DNA of 64,000 nucleotides from Candidatus Latescibacterota bacterium (lineage in GTDB: Bacteria; Latescibacterota; UBA2968): positions 4,064,001-4,128,000 of the forward strand of contig OZ220741.1 of assembly GCA_965116885.1 (NCBI GenBank), given 5' to 3'. Positions within the stretch are counted from its first letter, which is position 1; the number at the start of each line of letters is the position of its first letter. The notes under the pieces are model-generated. The model did no database searches, was not told the origin of the DNA, and worked only from the letters and a program-made list of their open reading frames with translations. A program made the translations under genes and the position numbers. Shown here piece by piece: positions 29,545-39,530 of the stretch.

Positions 29545-29718
29545 CAAGAGAGCGCCCCACGGGATATTCCCCGTGACAGTTCAGCAGATATTATCTGCTG
29601 CCCCAGCCAAATGCCCTGCGGAGAGACATTTGGCTTCGGCATCCCGACCCTTTCATCTGGCCTATAGATCCGCTTTCTTATGCCAGATTACTGATGACGG
29701 GACGCGCCTCTACTCTTG
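29545..29718 (-). ncRNA. Lysine riboswitch (L-box)
   Basis: Minus strand: caagagtAGAGGCGC...ATCAGTA...GAAAGGG...GCCGAA...ACTGTCAC...GTGGGGCGCTctcttg; P1 closes; lies upstream of asd; TTGACA at 29756-29751. Confidence 0.92.
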
Positions 29719-29782
29719 ATGGGGAGAAATCTCACATATTCTATATTTTTTGTCAACCCGAAAATGGAATATGTCGCTGATA

Positions 29783-29811
29783 TTGACATACAGAGAATCG
29801 CAGATTATCAT
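29783..29811 (+). promoter_or_regulatory. Sigma-70-type promoter of the sulfatase-glaH pair
   Basis: TTGACA-17 bp-TATCAT. Confidence 0.6.
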
Positions 29812-29865
29812 AATATGGTACAGGGAGAAGTTAGACCAGTTCATGAATCACACAAGGAGAATGTT

Positions 29866-31272
29866 ATGAATATGGTGGTGATTTGTTGCGATACGTTTCG
29901 CGCAGATATTGTCGGAGCGGGTAAAAAATTGAGCCATGTGAAAACCCCTCATTTGGATCAACTGGCTTCTGATGGTTTGACTTTTGATCGCTGTTTTGCA
30001 GAGGGGTTGCCAACAATTCCGTTTCGGCGGTGTGTGTTTACGGGTATTCCGTCCTTTCCCTGGCGGTTTGATACGCCAAATGAAGGATTACAGCCAGCAG
30101 GCTCTGGCTGGCATCCGATTCCGCCAGATCAGGATACGCTTGCGGAGCGTCTGCACGATGCGGGTTTTGTTACGGGTCTGGTCGCGGATACTTATCACAT
30201 GTTCAAGCCAACACAGAATTTCACGCGGGGGTTTTTGTCGTGGCGGTTTATCCGCGGGCAGGAACAAGATGGATATCGCACAGGGCCGCTGTCGCGTATC
30301 GATCTGGCAGCGCATGTACGGGACGGGGATGCAGATCCCAGGAAACATGCAGTGATTGTTCAGTATTTGCTCAATATGCTGGATCGACAGGAGGGCGAGG
30401 AAAATTATCTCGCTGCTCAGGTATTCCGCGAGGCATCGCAATGGGTGGAGGACAATAGGGGCAACAAGCCGTTTTTCCTGTGGATTGATAGCTTTAGTCC
30501 ACACGAGTTATGGGATCCGCCCAGGCATTATGCCGATGCTTATTTTTCAGATCCTTCGGTGAAGGATTATATCCATCACAGTGTCTTGCCCCTTGGCGAA
30601 GCGACAGATGCGGAAATCGAGCGCACAAAAGCGCTGTATATGGGCTATGTCACATTTGTGGATCGCTGGATTGGACATTTGCTGGAAACGATTGACCGAT
30701 TGAATCTGCGGGACGATACGGTGGTGATGTTTATATCCGATCACGGCACGCAATTGATGGATAGGGGGCGGTTTGGCAAAGGCGGTAACGCGCTTTTTCC
30801 ATTTAACACGCAGATTAATTGGATTGTTCGTCATCCGGATGGGCCGCGCGGGCAAAATTCGGATATATGGACGCAGAACCAGGATATTACGCCGACAATT
30901 CTCAATATGCTGGGCGTTGACCATGAAGAGATGGACGGGGCAGATGCATGGGCAGGTGTGACGGGTGCGAGTGAACCAGCTCGGGACTACATCACAACGG
31001 GTTGGGCAACGAGTTTCAATGTGCGGGATGATCGCTACAGCGTACACATGGATGTGGGAACGAGGTCGCCACAGGCGACGGTTTACGATTTGAGTGTGGA
31101 TGCCGATGAGAAAAACCCCTTGAGCGATCCGCCCCGTGAGATCGTTGCACAGGCATTGGAACGGGCGCGTACTGTGATTGGCGATTTTCCCGATGTGTTT
31201 AGCGCGTACAAACAAAGATATCCGGCGAGGGCAATGCGGACGTTTATGAATAAGTATAATCTTGGAATATAA
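29866..31272 (+). CDS. Sulfatase-superfamily hydrolase with Thr at the formylglycine position
   Basis: CCDTFRAD, TPHLD.LA..G..F, TIPFR, SPHE.WDPP, SDHG; ATG after AAGGAG. Confidence 0.88.
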   Translation: MNMVVICCDTFRADIVGAGKKLSHVKTPHLDQLASDGLTFDRCFAEGLPTIPFRRCVFTGIPSFPWRFDTPNEGLQPAGSGWHPIPPDQDTLAERLHDAGFVTGLVADTYHMFKPTQNFTRGFLSWRFIRGQEQDGYRTGPLSRIDLAAHVRDGDADPRKHAVIVQYLLNMLDRQEGEENYLAAQVFREASQWVEDNRGNKPFFLWIDSFSPHELWDPPRHYADAYFSDPSVKDYIHHSVLPLGEATDAEIERTKALYMGYVTFVDRWIGHLLETIDRLNLRDDTVVMFISDHGTQLMDRGRFGKGGNALFPFNTQINWIVRHPDGPRGQNSDIWTQNQDITPTILNMLGVDHEEMDGADAWAGVTGASEPARDYITTGWATSFNVRDDRYSVHMDVGTRSPQATVYDLSVDADEKNPLSDPPREIVAQALERARTVIGDFPDVFSAYKQRYPARAMRTFMNKYNLGI

Positions 31273-32176
31273 GGGGCTGGATTTGAACTACACGGTTGCA
31301 CAACATCCCGATCATCAACGTTTGTATCACATCACAATTGATGCCGATGCTGCGGCCACATTTGTGCGCGAAGTGGCAGATCTTTCGGAACAGCGATTGA
31401 CTTATGTGCCGTATCTGAGATTGATCGCCGCCGATTGTCTTCAAAATATCGTCGGTGACGATTTTTTCGAGCATATCAATGTGATCGTTAGAGACCGCGA
31501 GACAGGGGGGTTTACCATTTCTGCTGAGAGTGGGTTTGAGACGATGGATCAGCGCGTTGCTTTTGGCACGGCTGTTTCGCATGTGATCGGGATTCCCAAT
31601 TTTGACGATATGACGGGGAATTATTACGCCTGTTTTGAGGTGAGGGATACGGATAGTAGCGATTCGTATTTGCGCCAGGCATATCGTCTGTTCACGCTCC
31701 ATACTGATGGGACGTATGTCCGCGAGCGCACAGACTGGATTTTGATGATGAAGATGGCAGAGCACGATGCAGTTGGAGGGGAGTCGCGGCTGTTGCATCT
31801 GGATGATTGGGAGGCGTTAGAGCACTTTGCCAGCCATCCGCTGGCTTCTTTGCCCCTGAACTATCAGTCGCCGCCGAGTAAGAATTATCCCGTTACGATT
31901 GAAAAAACAACATTCTACGAACAAAACGGCAAAATGTGTGTGTGTTTTATCGATCAGTTTGTCTATCCGGAGACTATTGAGCAGGGTCGATACCTGCGCG
32001 ATCTTTCCGATTCGATGGAAGCGTCGCAGGGAGTAGTCTCGGTGCCCTTGCCGCCCGATCATATCGTGGTGCTCAACAACCATTTCTGGCTACACGGACG
32101 CGAGGCGTTTGAGAAAAATCCCGGTCTCTATCGTTTGCTGATGCGGCAGAGGGGATATTTCAGGAAAGAAGAATGA
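31262..32176 (+). CDS. glaH: Glutarate 2-hydroxylase (CsiD/GlaH), Fe(II)/2-OG dioxygenase
   Basis: SDSYLRQAYR.FTLHTDGTYV, GGESRLLHLDDW, NNHFWLHGR, LMRQRG. Confidence 0.88.
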   Translation: MEYKGLDLNYTVAQHPDHQRLYHITIDADAAATFVREVADLSEQRLTYVPYLRLIAADCLQNIVGDDFFEHINVIVRDRETGGFTISAESGFETMDQRVAFGTAVSHVIGIPNFDDMTGNYYACFEVRDTDSSDSYLRQAYRLFTLHTDGTYVRERTDWILMMKMAEHDAVGGESRLLHLDDWEALEHFASHPLASLPLNYQSPPSKNYPVTIEKTTFYEQNGKMCVCFIDQFVYPETIEQGRYLRDLSDSMEASQGVVSVPLPPDHIVVLNNHFWLHGREAFEKNPGLYRLLMRQRGYFRKEE

Positions 32177-32178
32177 TG

Positions 32179-32631
32179 CTATTCGAAACTTTCCAATGTC
32201 AGAATTAGATGCTCTGGAAAGTCTGGAGGTAAGTTTGTTCGATATCGTTTTTCGCTGGTCAACCAGATACAATCAAGTTTGTTTGCCAGGACGATATAAG
32301 TCGCATCGTAAAATCCGCGATTAAAGCGGATTGCAAAATCCAAAATTGTTTGTCGATCTTGTACGCTTAAGTCACAAAACACAATTGGCAATTCAGAGAA
32401 TGTTCGATACGCTTCTATTGCTTGATCTGTTTCGATACGCTGCCTACCACTGCGCTGTGCCCGGGTGATAATGTGACCTAATTCATACTCGAGAATATGC
32501 GGTGCATAAAAAACGATCTCTTTAGCTAAGAACCGAATGAGAAACGTCTCTGCAATATCTACCACGTCTTCGTCGTTTAAGAACCACTTAGCAGCAACTG
32601 ACGCATCTAAAACGTATCTTTCATTGATCAT
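32179..32631 (-). CDS. vapC: PIN-domain VapC-family toxin
   Basis: YVLDASVAAKWF, YE, FYDATYIVLA. Confidence 0.9.
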   Translation of the reverse strand: MINERYVLDASVAAKWFLNDEDVVDIAETFLIRFLAKEIVFYAPHILEYELGHIITRAQRSGRQRIETDQAIEAYRTFSELPIVFCDLSVQDRQTILDFAIRFNRGFYDATYIVLANKLDCIWLTSEKRYRTNLPPDFPEHLILTLESFE

Positions 32632-32782
32632 TTAACCGCCTTAAAATCGTACCAGAATTTACTACCACAGGACCAATAGCTTTGCGAATCTTTTTTATTC
32701 GATTAAATAAATTTTTTTCTGGTGCGTTCAGTTTGCGAATATCGCCTCGAATGAGTGGTCGTGTTGTCATCTGTCCAGGCAT
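32621..32782 (-). CDS. 53-aa putative antitoxin (below the ORF-track cut-off)
   Basis: AAAGGAG RBS; MPGQMTTRPLIRGDIRKLNAPEKNLFNRIKKIRKAIGPVVVNSGTILRRLNDQ*; overlaps the vapC start. Confidence 0.7.
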   Translation of the reverse strand: MPGQMTTRPLIRGDIRKLNAPEKNLFNRIKKIRKAIGPVVVNSGTILRRLNDQ

Positions 32783-32867
32783 ATTGTTTCTCCTTTGTTT
32801 TTACAAATTTACGGACTTTCCAATTATTATTCAACCTGATTAACGATTGCCTATAATTCTGCGGATG

Positions 32868-35402
32868 CTAAAAATTCGGCACTGGAAAATCTGGTAGCGG
32901 GGTGTTGCGAAACATTTCCCATTCTGTGCGGAGGTCATTGAGCCAGGGGGGAAGGGTTTGGAGGCGCGATTCGAGTTGGGCTTCGAAGAGCGATTCTGGC
33001 TCAACTGGGCTGCCGTTGGATTCGATGACCTGGAGGGTACTTTCATTAAACGTGGCGGGATCGCCGTGCAATCCGACAATGATGGGCTGTACAAATCGGT
33101 CGCGCGCGTCGCCCGGTCGCCAAAAATCGTAGTATCTCAGAACACCTCGATGTTTGAAATTCCAGAGCACATAATGCTTGAGGTGATTGGGATAATTGGC
33201 GAGAGACGCGCCGCTGCCATACAGGATACCGCCATTGACGCGGTCGAGCAGACTTGCATAAGGTTGGGCGCCATGGGCGTCAATGCGTTGATCTGGACGC
33301 ATGTCATAACGCCAGTACACGGTTCCGGCAGAGCGACTGTTCGTGCCCGGTCCATGCCAGTGGCCTGCGAGGTCTTCTGACAGCCCGACCCATACGCCGT
33401 AACCGCCATCGCTGGCAATAGATGAATGGCCCAGATTTCCCGCTTGTGTGACGTGGTACACAGATACGGCAGAACTCAAATTTACGCGAAGGGCGCGATT
33501 GCAATTGATGAAGGATGTGCGCCGTATCCAGGAATTGATACATCGGTTGAGCCGGAGCAAACTCCAGCCGCCATCGTGAATAGCGTCTTTGTGGTGGACA
33601 AAATCATCCAGCCAGGTGCCGTGAAAGCTGATGTCTTCAACGCCGACCTCTTCAAGGTGCTGATATTCGCGCACGGTCCAGTTATGCGTGTGGTTGACAT
33701 CGGTGTGCAGGGGTTCATTGAGGCGAATCCGATTGCCCTGTATTTCGGCAATGCTGTGCTTTTCGCGTACCTGGATACCATTGGTCAGCATGGTCGTCCA
33801 GATGGATTCTGCCGAGTAGGGCGCGAGAAATTCCGGGATGGCTGCGGTGCTGTTCATATAGAGCGTAATCCATTGACCGGGAACGAGTCTGGAAGCGTCT
33901 GCTACTGTGATATAATAGGTTTCTCTATCGGCACTTTCCGCAATGGACGTCAGGGTTCTGTCGCTTGTGTTGCGGGGTTCAAAAATGAACATATAGGGCG
34001 ATGTCCACAGTTGTTCGGGATTGAGTGGCGGCATGTAGTTCACCTGCCGGATAATTGTGCCTCCGCTTCGGCTACCGCTTCCTCTGAGGACAATATTGCT
34101 GCTGCGGATGTAGATGGACTGGTTATTGTCGGTATTGGTATTGACGAGAAATTCGCCCGGGGGAAAGAAGACAATGCCGCCGTTGTTTTGCTCTGCTGCG
34201 GCAATTGTGCGTACAATGGCTGCCTGATCGGAGAGGCCATCGTTGGGGATAGCACCATAAGCTGTGACATCGAATACGTCGCCCTGGATATCTGGAACGG
34301 GTTTGTCAAAGTAGTGATAGCCCGCGTAGGAAAAATCGGGTAAAATGGGTTCTGTGCCATTTTCTTTGGCCGCTACAAATTGTGTCCAGGTGCGTGCGGG
34401 ACCAATCTGGGGGACATAAGATATCCAGTTGCTCCGCGTCTGGATAAAATCTGCAACTTGCGCCCAAATTGGGATGGGATGTGTACTGGTGGGGTCGCGT
34501 GAGGCGAGGATATCCCGAGGAATTGGCACGCGAATCCGGGTTGCTCCCGTCTGAATGGTCTGGGTTAACAAGGTCTGAGTTTCGGTTCCTACCGCAATGT
34601 TCAATGGTTGTGTGGTGTGGTTTTCAAGTGCGATGGGTATGTACCACTGCGTACCGTCAGATCCGAATCCAGCGACGAAAGTGAGAAAATCCCCAAATCC
34701 GATTTGTCCATCAGCATTGAGATCGTAGAGGGGATCGTATTCAGAATTGGTCTGGGTTGCACCGAATTTCTGGGCAAAAAGAAGAAAATCAGTAAAGCCA
34801 ACGGCTCCGTTGCCATCAAAATCGAGATGGTCAATGGAGTTTTTTTCATATACTGGCGCGTCAACTTGCCAGGAAAAGGTCTGATCGACGGTTGCAATAT
34901 GGTCGATGAACAGGCGCGCATCTGAATTTTGACTGGTTTCTGTTCTAAATGTGATGTATCGCTGGTTGTAATCGGGTTCTCTGCCCCAGTTGTCGTATTG
35001 GGGTTTTGCCAGTTCTAAAACGGCAAGTTGCCAGCCCTGGGGCGGTGTTTGTCCTTCCCAAATTGTATATACGGCTTCCATGCCGCCGACCAGGGGATAG
35101 TTGCGAACTTTGATTTTGAGGTCCTTCAGGCCATTGCCTTCTACTTTCCACCAGAAGCTCAAGCTGTGTCTTTGGGAAATGTCCTGCCCCGTGCTAAAAA
35201 AATTGTAGGTAAAGAATCCCGTCTGACCTGCGGGCAGGGAAGCCGCGATGGCAAAGCGACCCTCTGGCGCGTCTTTAGACAATTGTAAGCCACTGGACCA
35301 ACCGGAAAGATTGTCGCAATAGGTTAGCGTTTGCACCGGGTCATTGGCAAAACAAGCACAGGTCCATAAAAATACAATTGTGAAGGCGATGGTTGATCTC
35401 AT
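32868..35402 (-). CDS. Secreted beta-helix (pectin-lyase-like/DUF4955-type) enzyme with EF-hand/dockerin module
   Basis: Signal peptide; DFDGNG.VGFTDF and DLNADGQIGFGDF; LPDFSYAGY, DVTAYGAIPNDG.SD, VFFPPG, NIVLRGSG, PESLFEAQL. Confidence 0.8.
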   Translation of the reverse strand: MRSTIAFTIVFLWTCACFANDPVQTLTYCDNLSGWSSGLQLSKDAPEGRFAIAASLPAGQTGFFTYNFFSTGQDISQRHSLSFWWKVEGNGLKDLKIKVRNYPLVGGMEAVYTIWEGQTPPQGWQLAVLELAKPQYDNWGREPDYNQRYITFRTETSQNSDARLFIDHIATVDQTFSWQVDAPVYEKNSIDHLDFDGNGAVGFTDFLLFAQKFGATQTNSEYDPLYDLNADGQIGFGDFLTFVAGFGSDGTQWYIPIALENHTTQPLNIAVGTETQTLLTQTIQTGATRIRVPIPRDILASRDPTSTHPIPIWAQVADFIQTRSNWISYVPQIGPARTWTQFVAAKENGTEPILPDFSYAGYHYFDKPVPDIQGDVFDVTAYGAIPNDGLSDQAAIVRTIAAAEQNNGGIVFFPPGEFLVNTNTDNNQSIYIRSSNIVLRGSGSRSGGTIIRQVNYMPPLNPEQLWTSPYMFIFEPRNTSDRTLTSIAESADRETYYITVADASRLVPGQWITLYMNSTAAIPEFLAPYSAESIWTTMLTNGIQVREKHSIAEIQGNRIRLNEPLHTDVNHTHNWTVREYQHLEEVGVEDISFHGTWLDDFVHHKDAIHDGGWSLLRLNRCINSWIRRTSFINCNRALRVNLSSAVSVYHVTQAGNLGHSSIASDGGYGVWVGLSEDLAGHWHGPGTNSRSAGTVYWRYDMRPDQRIDAHGAQPYASLLDRVNGGILYGSGASLANYPNHLKHYVLWNFKHRGVLRYYDFWRPGDARDRFVQPIIVGLHGDPATFNESTLQVIESNGSPVEPESLFEAQLESRLQTLPPWLNDLRTEWEMFRNTPLPDFPVPNF

Positions 35403-35511
35403 TGTGTTTTCTCGTGAATTTTATGCGAAAAAAATAGGGGCTGGACAATATGACCATAACTCGCTATAATATTAAAACGGATGAATTCATCTGTTGAGAA
35501 AGGATACAAAA

Positions 35512-35769
35512 ATGGCAACAGTTGAAGAAACACAGGCGGAATTAAAGGGTCAGTTTGACCAATTTTCACACCGGCAACAACGGGTTGAAACAGAAGTAGA
35601 TAACACACGTAGCGAGTTGACACAAGCGATTTCAAATTTGAGCTACTCTATTGACAGATTGCGACAAGATTTTGGCAATGCCCAAAAGTGGCAATGGTCT
35701 TGTTTTGTCGCCGTGATCATTGCCGCATGCGCGGTTGTCGGGCTGATTGTCAATGTGTTTGGTCAATGA
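35512..35769 (+). CDS. Small coiled-coil protein with C-terminal TM helix
   Basis: AAAGGA RBS; heptad-like N-terminus, hydrophobic tail. Confidence 0.7.
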   Translation: MATVEETQAELKGQFDQFSHRQQRVETEVDNTRSELTQAISNLSYSIDRLRQDFGNAQKWQWSCFVAVIIAACAVVGLIVNVFGQ

Positions 35770-35782
35770 CGGGAAATGTCTC

Positions 35783-35944
35783 TTGAGCGAAGTAGATAAC
35801 ACACGTAGCGAGTTGACACAAGCGGTTTCGGATTTGTCGAATAAGATTGACAGTAGTTTTTCATCCCTTCGGCAATTACTGGTTACATTGATTATTGCTG
35901 CATGTGCGGTCATCGGGCTGGCGGTCACGCTTTTTGGCAAATGA
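35783..35944 (+). CDS. Truncated paralog of the preceding coiled-coil/TM protein (possibly a pseudogene)
   Basis: EVDNTRSELTQA and IIAACAV.GL are shared; 36-bp exact repeat at 35593-35628 and 35789-35824; start uncertain. Confidence 0.5.
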   Translation: MSEVDNTRSELTQAVSDLSNKIDSSFSSLRQLLVTLIIAACAVIGLAVTLFGK

Positions 35945-35967
35945 CCGGTCACGCTTTCTATTTTTTC

Positions 35968-36007
35968 GCCCCTGTACCCCCTCGGTTCAGGGGCTTTTTC
36001 TTTTTTT
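35968..36007 (+). terminator. Intrinsic terminator
   Basis: gcccctg...caggggc followed by a T-tract. Confidence 0.75.
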
Positions 36008-36175
36008 AAATAATACTTTGGCCTGACAATTGAACACTGGCAATTTGACATGATATGCCAAAAATGGGTGCTTGTCTATGCCATATCATCAGGCAGAGAG
36101 ATGGTGCAGAATATCAAAAAAAATTAAAGTGTTTATTTACAATATGTTATGATTTTTTAAAAAAATTGAGAATTG

Positions 36176-36191
36176 TGGCACGGGGATTGCA
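36176..36191 (+). promoter_or_regulatory. Sigma-54 (-24/-12) promoter
   Basis: TGGCACGGGGATTGCA matches TGGCACR-N4-TTGCW; preceded by an AT-rich tract. Confidence 0.85.
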
Positions 36192-36247
36192 ACTGAAATA
36201 GGGCGAGACGAACAAGCAACCAACAACCAATAACAGGAGGTATTGTG

Positions 36248-36685
36248 ATGGCACTTATTCGCTGGCAGCAACCCCGTGAGTCTTTCGCGCTGAATCGCGA
36301 AATCGACAACCTGGTGAGCAAGTTCTGGGGCGACCTGGACACCTGGCACGGCACGGGCTGGCATCCCCGCGTGGATGTAGTGGAATCGGACCATGAATTT
36401 ACCGTTCACGCCGAATTGCCCGGGTTGAACAAGGATGATATCAAGGTGACGCTCGAAGACAATGTGCTCACAATTGAAGGCGAGCGGAAGCACGAAGACG
36501 AGCAGAAGGATAAGCAGTTCTTCCGTCGTGAACGTTCCTACGGGAAATTTAAGCGCGCCTTCAAGCTCGGCACAGAAGTACAGGCCGAGAAAATTGCTGC
36601 GAATTACAAGGACGGGATTTTGATCCTGACGTTGCCCAAGTCCGAAGCAGCAAAACCGCGGCAGATCGAAGTCGCTGTGTCATAA
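36248..36685 (+). CDS. Hsp20/alpha-crystallin small heat-shock protein
   Basis: PRVDVVE, AELPG, LTIEGER, RERSYGKF.R, YKDGIL.LTLPK. Confidence 0.96.
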   Translation: MALIRWQQPRESFALNREIDNLVSKFWGDLDTWHGTGWHPRVDVVESDHEFTVHAELPGLNKDDIKVTLEDNVLTIEGERKHEDEQKDKQFFRRERSYGKFKRAFKLGTEVQAEKIAANYKDGILILTLPKSEAAKPRQIEVAVS

Positions 36686-36845
36686 AAGTGAGATGTAGGG
36701 GCAATCCCTTGTGGTTGCCCGTCTCAAGATACAAGAAGTATGAAGCTAAGAGGCGAGGTGCGAGAGAAGAGAGATTCTCGCTTCTCGCCTTTTGTCTTTA
36801 GGCAGGGCAGGGTAACGGATAACTGACTGATAAAGGGGAGATAAA

Positions 36846-39455
36846 ATGGATATGAACAAATTGACACAGAAATCGCAGGAGGCCGTGCAACAAGCACAAG
36901 CTATAGCACTGCGATATGGGCATCGGGAAGTGGATGGGGAACACTTGCTCGCCAGCTTGCTCGCGCAGGATAACGGCTTAGTCCCCCGTATGCTTACGCG
37001 CATGCAAGTGGATGGCGATGTCCTGAAATCGGAATTAGACAAGGAACTAACGCGGCTACCAAAAGTTTCTGGACCAGGTGTTGAACAGGACAAAATTTAT
37101 GTGACGCAGCGTTTTCAAAAGTTGTTTCTGTCAGCCCAGGCCGAAGCCGAAAGGCTGAAGGATGAGTATGTTTCAGTGGAGCATTTGTTGTTGGCGCTGA
37201 TCGGCGAGGGAGATGAAACGCCAGCAGGGCGCATTTTGAAGCAGTTTAATATTACGCGGGATAATATTCTGTCTGTTTTAACGCAGATTCGCGGCAATCA
37301 GCGGGTGACGAGTGCCAACCCGGAGGTGGCGTATGAGGCACTTGAAAAATACGGTATCGACCTGGTTGCCGAGGCGCGTGCAGGCAAATTAGATCCCGTG
37401 ATTGGGCGCGATGAAGAAATTCGCCGGGTGATTCGCATTTTGTCGCGCAAGACCAAGAATAACCCGGTACTAATTGGTGAACCCGGTGTGGGCAAGACCG
37501 CGATTATCGAAGGACTGGCGCAGAGAATTGTGCGGGGCGATGTGCCCGAATGGCTCAAAGACCGGTCGGTTTTTTCACTGGATATGGGCGCGTTGATGGC
37601 CGGCGCAAAATATCGGGGGGAGTTTGAAGAGCGTTTGAAGGCTGTTTTGAATGAAATTAAACAGAGCGATGGCCATATTTTGTTATTTATTGACGAAGTT
37701 CATACGATTGTGGGCGCGGGCAAGACGGAGGGATCTACAGACGCGGGCAATATGCTCAAGCCAATGCTGGCGCGGGGCGAATTGCACTGTATTGGTGCGA
37801 CAACGCTCGACGAACACCGCCAGTATCTCGAAAAAGATGCTGCTCTGGAACGACGCTTCCAACCCGTAATGGTCGATGCGCCATCTGTTGAGGACTCTAT
37901 TTCGATTCTGCGGGGTTTGCGCGAGCGATTTGAGATTCACCACGGGGTGGGGATTCAGGATAATGCCCTGGTCAATGCCGTGGTGTTGTCGGATCGATAT
38001 ATTTCAGATCGTTTTTTGCCCGATAAGGCGATTGATCTGGTGGATGAAGCGTGTGCAATGGTGCGGACAGAGATCGACTCCATGCCTTCGGAACTGGATG
38101 CTGTGACCCGTCGCGTGATGCAGTTCGAGATTGAGGAAGCCGCACTGCAGAAGGAAAAGGACAAGTCGAGTCGGGAGCGGTTGCAGACACTTCAGAAAGA
38201 GTTGGCGGATTTGAGGGATCAGGCTGATGCGATGCGCGTACAGTGGGAGAATGAAAAGCAGGAACTGGATGGGGTGCGAACTTTGCGAGAGGAGATTGAG
38301 CAGACAAGGCGTGAGATCGAAGAGGCAGAGCGGCAGTACGATCTCAACCGCGCCGCAGAGTTGAAACACGGCACATTACCCGATTTGGAACGGCAACTCA
38401 AAGCCGCCGAAGGTTCTCAAACGATGGATAATCGGTTGTTGCGCGAGGAAGTGACTGAGGAGGAAATCGCCGAGATAGCATCGCGGTGGACGGGTATTCC
38501 GGTGACGCGATTGGTAGAGGGGGAGCGCGAGAAGTTGCTGCGGTTGGACGATATTTTGCACGAGCGCGTCGTCGGGCAAAATGAGGCGGTTTCTCTGGTG
38601 GCCGATGCGGTGATTCGCGCGCGGGCGGGGATTAAGGATCCGCGTCGTCCCATTGGCTCGTTCATTTTTTTAGGCCCATCTGGCGTTGGTAAGACCGAAC
38701 TCGCACGCACGCTATCAGAAGCACTTTTTGATAGCGAAGATAGTATGATTCGCATCGATATGAGCGAGTACATGGAAAAGCACGCAGTATCGCGTTTGAT
38801 CGGCGCTCCTCCGGGCTACATCGGTTACGACGAAGGCGGGCAGTTGACGGAAGCGGTGCGTCGCAAACCGTATTCGGTTATTTTGTTCGACGAGATTGAA
38901 AAGGCGCACAGCGATGTTTTCAATATTTTACTTCAGTTGCTCGACGATGGTCGCTTGACAGATGCACAGGGGCATGTCGTGGATTTTAAAAATACGGTGG
39001 TAATTATGACATCAAATATCGGTTCGCCGTATTTGCTCGAGGGCGTAACCGACGATGGTGAAATCCGCGACTCTGCTCGCGATGCGGTGATGGCGGAATT
39101 GAGACAGCAGTTCAGACCCGAATTTCTCAACCGCATAGATGATGTGGTGCTGTTTAAGCCGTTGTTGTTGTCGGAAATTACCAGGATCGTAGATCTGCTT
39201 ATTGTGGATTTGCGTAACCGGTTGTCCGACAGACAGATTGACCTTACCCTTACAGAGGACACGAAGGGATTTATCGCCCGAAAAGGGTTTGATCCCGTGT
39301 TTGGCGCGCGCCCTCTCAAACGGTTCTTACAGCACGAGTTGGAGACGCGCATTGGGCGTGCATTGATCAGCGGTGATATCTCGGACGGCGCGCAGATTGA
39401 GGTGGATGTTGCAGACGGTGATCTGGTGATTAAAGACGTGGGAGAGGAGAAGTGA
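36846..39455 (+). CDS. clpB: Chaperone ClpB
   Basis: [22 protein letters not shown]-domain coiled coil, [15 protein letters not shown]. Confidence 0.98.
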   Translation: MDMNKLTQKSQEAVQQAQAIALRYGHREVDGEHLLASLLAQDNGLVPRMLTRMQVDGDVLKSELDKELTRLPKVSGPGVEQDKIYVTQRFQKLFLSAQAEAERLKDEYVSVEHLLLALIGEGDETPAGRILKQFNITRDNILSVLTQIRGNQRVTSANPEVAYEALEKYGIDLVAEARAGKLDPVIGRDEEIRRVIRILSRKTKNNPVLIGEPGVGKTAIIEGLAQRIVRGDVPEWLKDRSVFSLDMGALMAGAKYRGEFEERLKAVLNEIKQSDGHILLFIDEVHTIVGAGKTEGSTDAGNMLKPMLARGELHCIGATTLDEHRQYLEKDAALERRFQPVMVDAPSVEDSISILRGLRERFEIHHGVGIQDNALVNAVVLSDRYISDRFLPDKAIDLVDEACAMVRTEIDSMPSELDAVTRRVMQFEIEEAALQKEKDKSSRERLQTLQKELADLRDQADAMRVQWENEKQELDGVRTLREEIEQTRREIEEAERQYDLNRAAELKHGTLPDLERQLKAAEGSQTMDNRLLREEVTEEEIAEIASRWTGIPVTRLVEGEREKLLRLDDILHERVVGQNEAVSLVADAVIRARAGIKDPRRPIGSFIFLGPSGVGKTELARTLSEALFDSEDSMIRIDMSEYMEKHAVSRLIGAPPGYIGYDEGGQLTEAVRRKPYSVILFDEIEKAHSDVFNILLQLLDDGRLTDAQGHVVDFKNTVVIMTSNIGSPYLLEGVTDDGEIRDSARDAVMAELRQQFRPEFLNRIDDVVLFKPLLLSEITRIVDLLIVDLRNRLSDRQIDLTLTEDTKGFIARKGFDPVFGARPLKRFLQHELETRIGRALISGDISDGAQIEVDVADGDLVIKDVGEEK

Positions 39456-39476
39456 GAACTCGCTGCGCTATCGAAG

Positions 39477-39530
39477 AAAAAAAGCCCGGAAAAACTTTTT
39501 CAAAAGTTCATCCGGGTTTTTTATTTTTTT
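39477..39530. terminator. Intrinsic terminator after clpB
   Basis: A-tract, agcccgga...tccgggtt, T-tract. Confidence 0.75.
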
